From Octopus bimaculoides (lineage: Eukaryota), in contig NC_068986.1 in NCBI RefSeq assembly GCF_001194135.2, positions 107,870,702 through 107,912,793 of the forward strand: 42,092 nt of DNA, written 5' to 3'. Positions 36,306 through 42,092 of this stretch are shown here, in pieces. The notes under the pieces were generated by a model. The model made no database searches. It worked only from the letters and a program-made list of their open reading frames with translations, and had not been told where the DNA came from. The first letter of the stretch is position 1. Each line of letters starts with the position of its first letter. Position numbers and translations under genes: made by a program.

Positions 36306-36599
36306 TCAGTGGTAAGGTTTATCGCCATCATTAAAAGTACATTTATGAGTAGATATATAATCACTACGAGTAAATGATTTACCACAAATAATACAGCTGT
36401 ATGGTTTTTCCCCAGTATGAGCACGATTGTGTCTTATTAAACACCTCAAATTAGAAAATGTTTTGCCAGATTCCACAGTGGTGTGCTTTCTCTCCAGTGT
36501 GTGTACATATATGCCCTTTTAAGCTGCCACTATTGGAAAATTCCTTCCCACTAACTCCAGTGGTGTGGTTTTTCTCCACTATGAGTAAGTTTATGAACT
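36306..36599 (-). pseudogene. Relic C2H2 fingers of the paralogue C 3' UTR (distal to LTR insertion)
   Basis: KEFSNSGSLKGHICTHTGEKAHHCGI; collinear with 19561-19850. Confidence 0.8.
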
Positions 36600-37673
36600 T
36601 GTAGTGAAACCTCTCTCTCGGGCATTCAATCATAAATGATAACAAAGCTGCTAACATCTAGCCTTAGGCTGCCTTGGACCCTTCTGTCCACCACTCTGAT
36701 TGGTTCTTATTTGCGCGGCAATTGTCCCCATGTTCTGCTTGCTAAGGGTGGATTACGTCCAATCATGGTTTTCAGATAAAGTCACGTGAGAGAGAGTTTT
36801 TCTGGGTTTCCGGTGAGCCCTATTTCAGCTATAAATAAGCCCGATCCAACGACGGTAGTCGTCTTCAATTTCAGATCTCTCACTGGTCTGGTCGCTGACC
36901 ACACACACACATACAGAACACAGCTACAGCCAGTTCCAGCGCAGACGTCTTCACCACCTATGTACTGTCTACCACAATGTCGTGTGCTAGCAACCCCACC
37001 ACCAGGTACACACCAATATCAACACACTCGGTTTTATATCAACACTGTTTGAGTGGATTGTTTCCACCACAAGCAACAGTCAGAACTAACCAGCAAGAAT
37101 ATTCCGTATCAGGTAAACGGTCACAGCATTCGACGCTCAACACATATTGTGATACCACAGCTCTGCTACTTGGCCACAACTTCCTGCGTATGAACATTCC
37201 AAATCTTGTGTAACTCTAATACGAACTGGTTTACTCTATCTCAGTGTTTAAAGACTTTTTACAGTCTATGTTACAGACACTCTTTCTATGATCTGTGTTC
37301 CTCTCACTCTCACACATATTGTACTCTCACATATTGTACACACAATATTGCTTATACGACTGTCCGTTACTTCACATTGTTGTATACATTCTCTTGTACA
37401 CGAAGGCCTGACTTATCTACTGTGTTATTTATATATGTCACATGCATGCACACAGACACAAACAGTTTCACTATGTTAATAAACTTACTCTCAATATATA
37501 TATATCAGTTGTCTGTCCTAAGTTCTTTTACTGGCACTATGGCTCGTATATCTCTCACAACGAGCCTTCTATCTTATATATCTTGTTTTGTGTTCGACCG
37601 TGCGACATGGTAAAAAGGAGCCTTTTCCGTCAACGTCACCATCTCCTTTGGTTCGCACGGTCGAATTATTACA
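36600..37673 (+). mobile_element. Solo LTR inserted in the 3' UTR of ZNF paralogue C, antisense to the gene
   Basis: TGTAGT...ATTACA; TSD AACT at 36596-36599 and 37674-37677; empty site TTTATGAACTAATAGGACAG seen in B (about 25994); CCAAT 36759, GTCACGTG 36781, TATAAATA 36830. Confidence 0.93.
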
Positions 37674-37747
37674 AACTAACAGGACAGATTTTTCAGAAAT
37701 GCTTTCCCGCATATTTCACATTAGTTATAGCTTTTCTCCTCTATTAG

Positions 37748-38785
37748 TTATGGCTTTTCTCCTCTATGAATACGGTTATGTGTTGTTAAGCTGGTCTTAA
37801 GTGAAAATTCTTTTCCACATATTAAGCAGCGATATGGTTTCTCTCCTGTGTGAATACGTCTGTGTCTTACTAAACTACCATTTTGAGAAAATGCTTTGCT
37901 ACACACTTCACAGTGATATGGTTTTTCTCCAGTATGAATACGTTTGTGATGTACTAAGTTGCACCTGCCAGAAAAGTCTCTTCCACAAACTTCACAGTGA
38001 TATGGTTTCTCTCCTGTGTGAATACGTTTGTGTAATGTTAAAACATATTTTTCAGGAAATGCTTTTCCACAGATTTCACAGCGGTGTCGCTTTTCCCCTG
38101 TGTGAGTACGTTTATGCCTTATTAAGGTACCACTAGTTCTAAATCCTTCCCCACATACTTCACAATGATATGGCTTCTCTCCAGTATGAACACGTTTGTG
38201 GACTGTCAAAGACTCCTTTACAGAAAATACTTTATCACAGATTTCACAGTGGAAAGGCTTCGAATGCACACCTCTGTGTGTTTCAAAGTTACTGACATTA
38301 GAAAACGCTTTCCCACAATAATCACACTTGAATGGTTCCTCCCCAGTGTGAATACGTTTATGTCTTGTTAAATTATTAACTTGATAAAAGGATTTGCCAC
38401 AAATTTCACAACGGTATCGTTTTTCTCCAGTGTGAATAAGTTGATGACTTCTTGCACTACTGAACTCTGAAAATGCTTTGCCACAGATTTCACAATGGTA
38501 TGGTTTCTCTCCAGTGTGGACACGTTTGTGTGTCTTTATATAACCTTTACTAGAAAATGATTTTCCACATATTTCACAGTGAAATGGCTTCTCTCCGGTG
38601 TGTGTACGCTTGTGTTCTGTTAAATAAGCTTTTACAGAGAATGCTTTCTCACATACTTCACAGTTGTATGGCTTTTCCCCAGTATGAGTGCACCGATGAA
38701 TAGCTAAATTAGATTTTGTAGTAAGTACTTTACCACAAATATCACACTTGTAACGTTTGCTCACTTTCTGAAACATTCTCTCCAT
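37748..38785 (-). CDS. C2H2 zinc-finger protein, paralogue C (345 aa, 12 fingers)
   Basis: 12 intact fingers, about 85% identical to A by hand count; acceptor TTTCAG at 38907-38906. Confidence 0.95.
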   Translation of the reverse strand: MERMFQKVSKRYKCDICGKVLTTKSNLAIHRCTHTGEKPYNCEVCEKAFSVKAYLTEHKRTHTGEKPFHCEICGKSFSSKGYIKTHKRVHTGEKPYHCEICGKAFSEFSSARSHQLIHTGEKRYRCEICGKSFYQVNNLTRHKRIHTGEEPFKCDYCGKAFSNVSNFETHRGVHSKPFHCEICDKVFSVKESLTVHKRVHTGEKPYHCEVCGEGFRTSGTLIRHKRTHTGEKRHRCEICGKAFPEKYVLTLHKRIHTGEKPYHCEVCGRDFSGRCNLVHHKRIHTGEKPYHCEVCSKAFSQNGSLVRHRRIHTGEKPYRCLICGKEFSLKTSLTTHNRIHRGEKP

Positions 38786-39097
38786 TAAATTTTACAGTTT
38801 TATTCTTTAATTCTGAAGACATTAATTGGTTGATAAATCTCTAACCTAACACGGCAGACTTGCAGTATCCTCTGCAGAAAATCTTCTTTCAAATGGAAAT
38901 ATGTCCTGAAATAAAATAAAATAAATATTAGATACTAACAACCAAAAGGTTGTGAAATGAGTGGCTGTTTGTGATTGACTATTCTCAACAACACAATATT
39001 TCAGCATTAACTGGATATTAGTTCTATATTTAAGAGATGTGGAATTATGTACATTATTTACATTCAACAGATATTTGTCCTCCACTTGTTTGTTGTT

Positions 39098-39143
39098 AAC
39101 ACAACGTTTCGGCTGATATACCCTCCAGCCTTCTTCAGGTGTC
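39098..39143 (-). ncRNA. Minimal type-I hammerhead ribozyme (Penelope-associated, dimer-type)
   Basis: GACAC-CUGAAGA-A-GGCUG-GAGGGUAUAU-CAGCC-GAAAC-GUU/GUGUU: helix I GACAC:GUGUU, helix II GGCUG:CAGCC, helix III reduced to palindromic ACGU; predicted cut 39103/39102. Confidence 0.8.
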
Positions 39144-39208
39144 TTGGGGAAATTTCAAACCTGGGTTCTCATTGCTAAGCTATTTCTTGATAATATTATT
39201 ATTGTTCA

Positions 39209-39281
39209 GGTCACTGCTTGGAATCGAACTCAGAATCTTGGGGTTAGTAGCCCATGCTCTTAACCACTACGCTATATGCCC
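39209..39281 (-). other. tRNA-derived Pol III head (not a functional tRNA)
   Basis: A box TAGCGTAGTGG, B box GAGTTCGATTCC, anticodon-arm-like GGG-CUACUAA-CCC resembling tRNA-Ser(GCU); acceptor stem does not pair. Confidence 0.75.
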
Positions 39282-40974
39282 GTGAGCAATTATGGAGTGA
39301 ATTTTAGGGCTTATAAATCTAATATTTTTCTATCCTTCCTTAATACTGGTTCCTATATGCTATTCATATCTGCACTTGGTCTGCTTAGGAGAGGTTGTTG
39401 TGATCTAGCATATGTGCTCCTTCTCTTAGTTTTCGTATTTTCCAGTGGTGTTCTTTGTCTATTATTTTCACTTCATCCCACATGGGGAGGTGGTCTCCAT
39501 GTTTCCATACACGATCAGCTTTACCCGATTTATCAATAGCTCCTCGTGTCATAGCTTTGCAATGTTCATCTACCCTTATTATGAGAGGGCGACATTTTTC
39601 GCCTTTGTATAACCTACCACAGCTGCATGGGATGGAGTACATGCAGTCTTTGGTCATATTCTCTTCTATTGGTGGTTTCACTCGAAGGAGATATTTGTGA
39701 AGTGTTGTATTACTCTTGAATACTGTCCTGATGTCATATGGGCTGCATATCTTTTATATCTTTTCAGAGAGGTCTTTCACATAGGGTAGACAGACTGTGG
39801 ACAGTTTATTGGTCTCGTCCACTCTCTTCTTCATAATTGGAGTGGATAGTATGCTTTGGGGGTAGTTGTTGCTTAACAGATCATTGTTGAGCTTGATCAT
39901 TTCTTTGTGGTGTGTATCACGATCGATACTTATATTCTATGCACAATGTTTTAGGCACTGAGTAATCCCTCTCTTTACACTGTATGGATGGTGGGAATTG
40001 AAGTTGAGGTATTGTCCAGTAAAGGTCAGCTTGTGGTATACGGATGTCCTGAATCCATACTTGGTGCGTGTTATTAATACGTCCAGGAATGCCAGCAGAT
40101 TGTCTTTTTCCTTTTCCATTGTGAACTGTATGGATGGCTTTATTGAGTTCACATGATCTAGCTTCCTGGTGGGGCCAGAGTATAAAGGTGTCATCAACAT
40201 ATCGCGGCCATAGGGTTGGTTTTAGTGGTGTTGATCCTAAAGCCAAATTCTCAAAGTATTCCATGTATATATTGGCTATTACCGGTGAAAATGACCAACC
40301 CATAGCTAAACCCTTCTCTTGTCGATATACATCAGTGTCCATACTGAAGAAGGTAATTTCTACACAGAACGTCAACATTTCCATCAAGTTTCTTATTGGT
40401 ATACTAGTGCGTTCTTTTAGATGGGTGTTTGTCACTAGTTTTTCTTGTATCACCAAGAGTGCTTCACCAGTTGGGACTTTGGTGAACAGGCTTATCACAT
40501 CTAGACTCACCATCTGGTTGGATTCAATGGGGATATCCTTGATCAATTCTGTGAAGTGGGTGGAATTCCTCACCTACAATGTTGACTTTCCTGCTAATGG
40601 ACTGATTATATCCACAAGGAAGCGGCTCAGTGGATGACATGACTACTCTGAAAAGTTGGCAAGTCTTATGAGTGATGGTAGCTACAGCAAAGAAAAGAAC
40701 CAACTCTGAAAACAGAGAGGAAGTTGTCACAGATCTTGATCAAGAACAAGGATCACTTTACACCAATGAAGTACAGACAACTGACTCAGTACTACAGTAA
40801 ACTACCACACATGTATGGTCTTCCTAAGATTCACAAGGATAGTATTCTATTAAGACCTATAGTGAGCTGTAGAGGTTCAGCATGTCATCCACTCAGGCCT
40901 TCAAGCAGGCTATCCACATACTTGAAGTAACAGCCAAATCTCACAAAACTGAGATAACATACTCAATCCGAAAT

Positions 40975-41535
40975 ATGGACCTTCAAATTTAGAAAGTGCG
41001 ATTTTTGGAATTCTTTTTTCAGCAATAGGGACCTACATAACCAAAAACGTACTATTCTATAAAAAAAAAAATCAATATATATCCATTTTACCGGAAGTTA
41101 TGACGGAAAAATCGCATCTTGTGAATTTTCCGAAAGTCCCTAGGGTCATCAGCACGCATTTTTTTTTTTTTTCCATATTCGTTTTCTACATACTTGTTAA
41201 CACTCAGCAGGCTGGTTTGTTATTTCTTCTGCCCCAGAGTGAAATCTTTATATTTGTAGCATACGAAAGAAAAAAAAATTTCCAATGATTCCGGGATGGA
41301 GGGGTTCTCCCCTCGTCACCCCACTTTTTCCGAACAAAAATAAGGGATTTGCAGCATATTAGGAGATTAGGGTACTTGATTTCACGCAAAAAAATCCGAT
41401 TTTTTTTTTTTTTCGTGAAAAAATCGTGCGGGTGTTACTCTAAAAATTTACCAACATTTTTTTTCTTTGCATATTCGTAATCTCCGACATCTAAAACTTG
41501 GGAATCCGAAAAAAAGGAAAAAACCTTTTTAATGC
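40975..41535. repeat. 110-bp-subunit repeat family copy
   Basis: GCATATTCGTAATCTCCGACATC is the reverse complement of the 19060-19085 motif. Confidence 0.55.
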
Positions 41536-41571
41536 ATTTTCCAGGAGAGCTGCGATTCTGCATTAGTCCAC

Positions 41572-41780
41572 TGGATTTAAGGGCACCGACTTTGGACACA
41601 GAACCATCAGACCTATCCACGACAGTCAGGTGTTGAAGAAACCAGACGACATTACACAAACATGAATAACAGTAATTTACAGAGGAGAGGTTAATTAATA
41701 GGGTTGATCCTTAATTAACAGCCTTTTATATCAACACAGGATGCAAAACTAAAAACCCTGTAGTTATGCCCATTGTGTAC
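41572..41780 (-). repeat. Paralogous intron-1 block of unit C, shortened
   Basis: CTGGATTTAAGGGCACCGACT...GCCTTTTATATC...CCCATTGT collinear with the A and B blocks; the CTTACC donor is absent. Confidence 0.55.
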
Positions 41781-42092
41781 ATAGAAACAATAGATGATAA
41801 TCTTTCAGTATCTTGTGATAAAAGAAATAGAAATTGAAGAGAAAATAATTCAACTGACTGTTAAACAACGTTGATTTGGCAATAGGCAGCAAAAAATAGG
41901 TTGAACAGATAAGCATACCATTAAAGTGAACCCACAGGCCTAGTATAGTGCATTCTCTTTGGTCCGGAATTCCTCCATATAAGTTTGTGTCAATATGAAA
42001 CAATATTGTCTGACGTCGTAATTTTCTTTTTACCCGCATCCAAATATTCTCCACATTTTGCGTGTGGACGTCCTTATTCGTCGGATCTACAA

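Larger units (their letters stand above)
39020..40893 (-). mobile_element. Penelope-like retroelement (RT + GIY-YIG), mutated, 5'-truncated with inverted 5' segment
   Basis: VSLDVISLFTKVP, GLAMG..SPVIANIYME, PRYVDDTF (RT); YSIPCSCGRLYKGE..RPLIIRVDEH (GIY-YIG); segment 40642-40893 reads YGLPKIHK..LRPIVS on the plus strand; hammerhead in the 3' terminal region. Confidence 0.92.

Noticed and set aside
39209-39281. Functional tRNA gene
   Set aside because: Acceptor stem does not pair and the loop would give an ACU anticodon; treated as a derived head

Overview
AT-rich, gap-riddled draft eukaryotic scaffold, most likely a coleoid cephalopod (Octopus-like). This is inferred from the SINE types, microsatellite density and a tandem C2H2 zinc-finger cluster, not from a database match. 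The host genes are three tandem minus-strand paralogues encoding pure C2H2 arrays with no effector domain: A (19905-20927, 12 fingers), B (26050-26488 visible, rest in a gap) and C (37748-38785, 12 fingers). Each has one coding exon, relic fingers in the 3' UTR and, for A and B, a candidate non-coding first exon. The remainder is mostly mobile DNA: four solo LTRs of one gypsy-type family (three with 4-bp TSDs), a gypsy gag-pol relic, a Penelope-like element (RT + GIY-YIG) with a 5' inversion, several SINE families, Merlin-like MITEs, foldback elements, hAT relics and a LINE ORF1-like ORF. The most unusual structure is the 3' end of the Penelope element, where a tRNA-derived Pol III head sits directly upstream of a minimal hammerhead ribozyme, all in sense inside the intron of ZNF paralogue C. 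All alignments and counts were done by eye, and all family names are assigned from motifs only.
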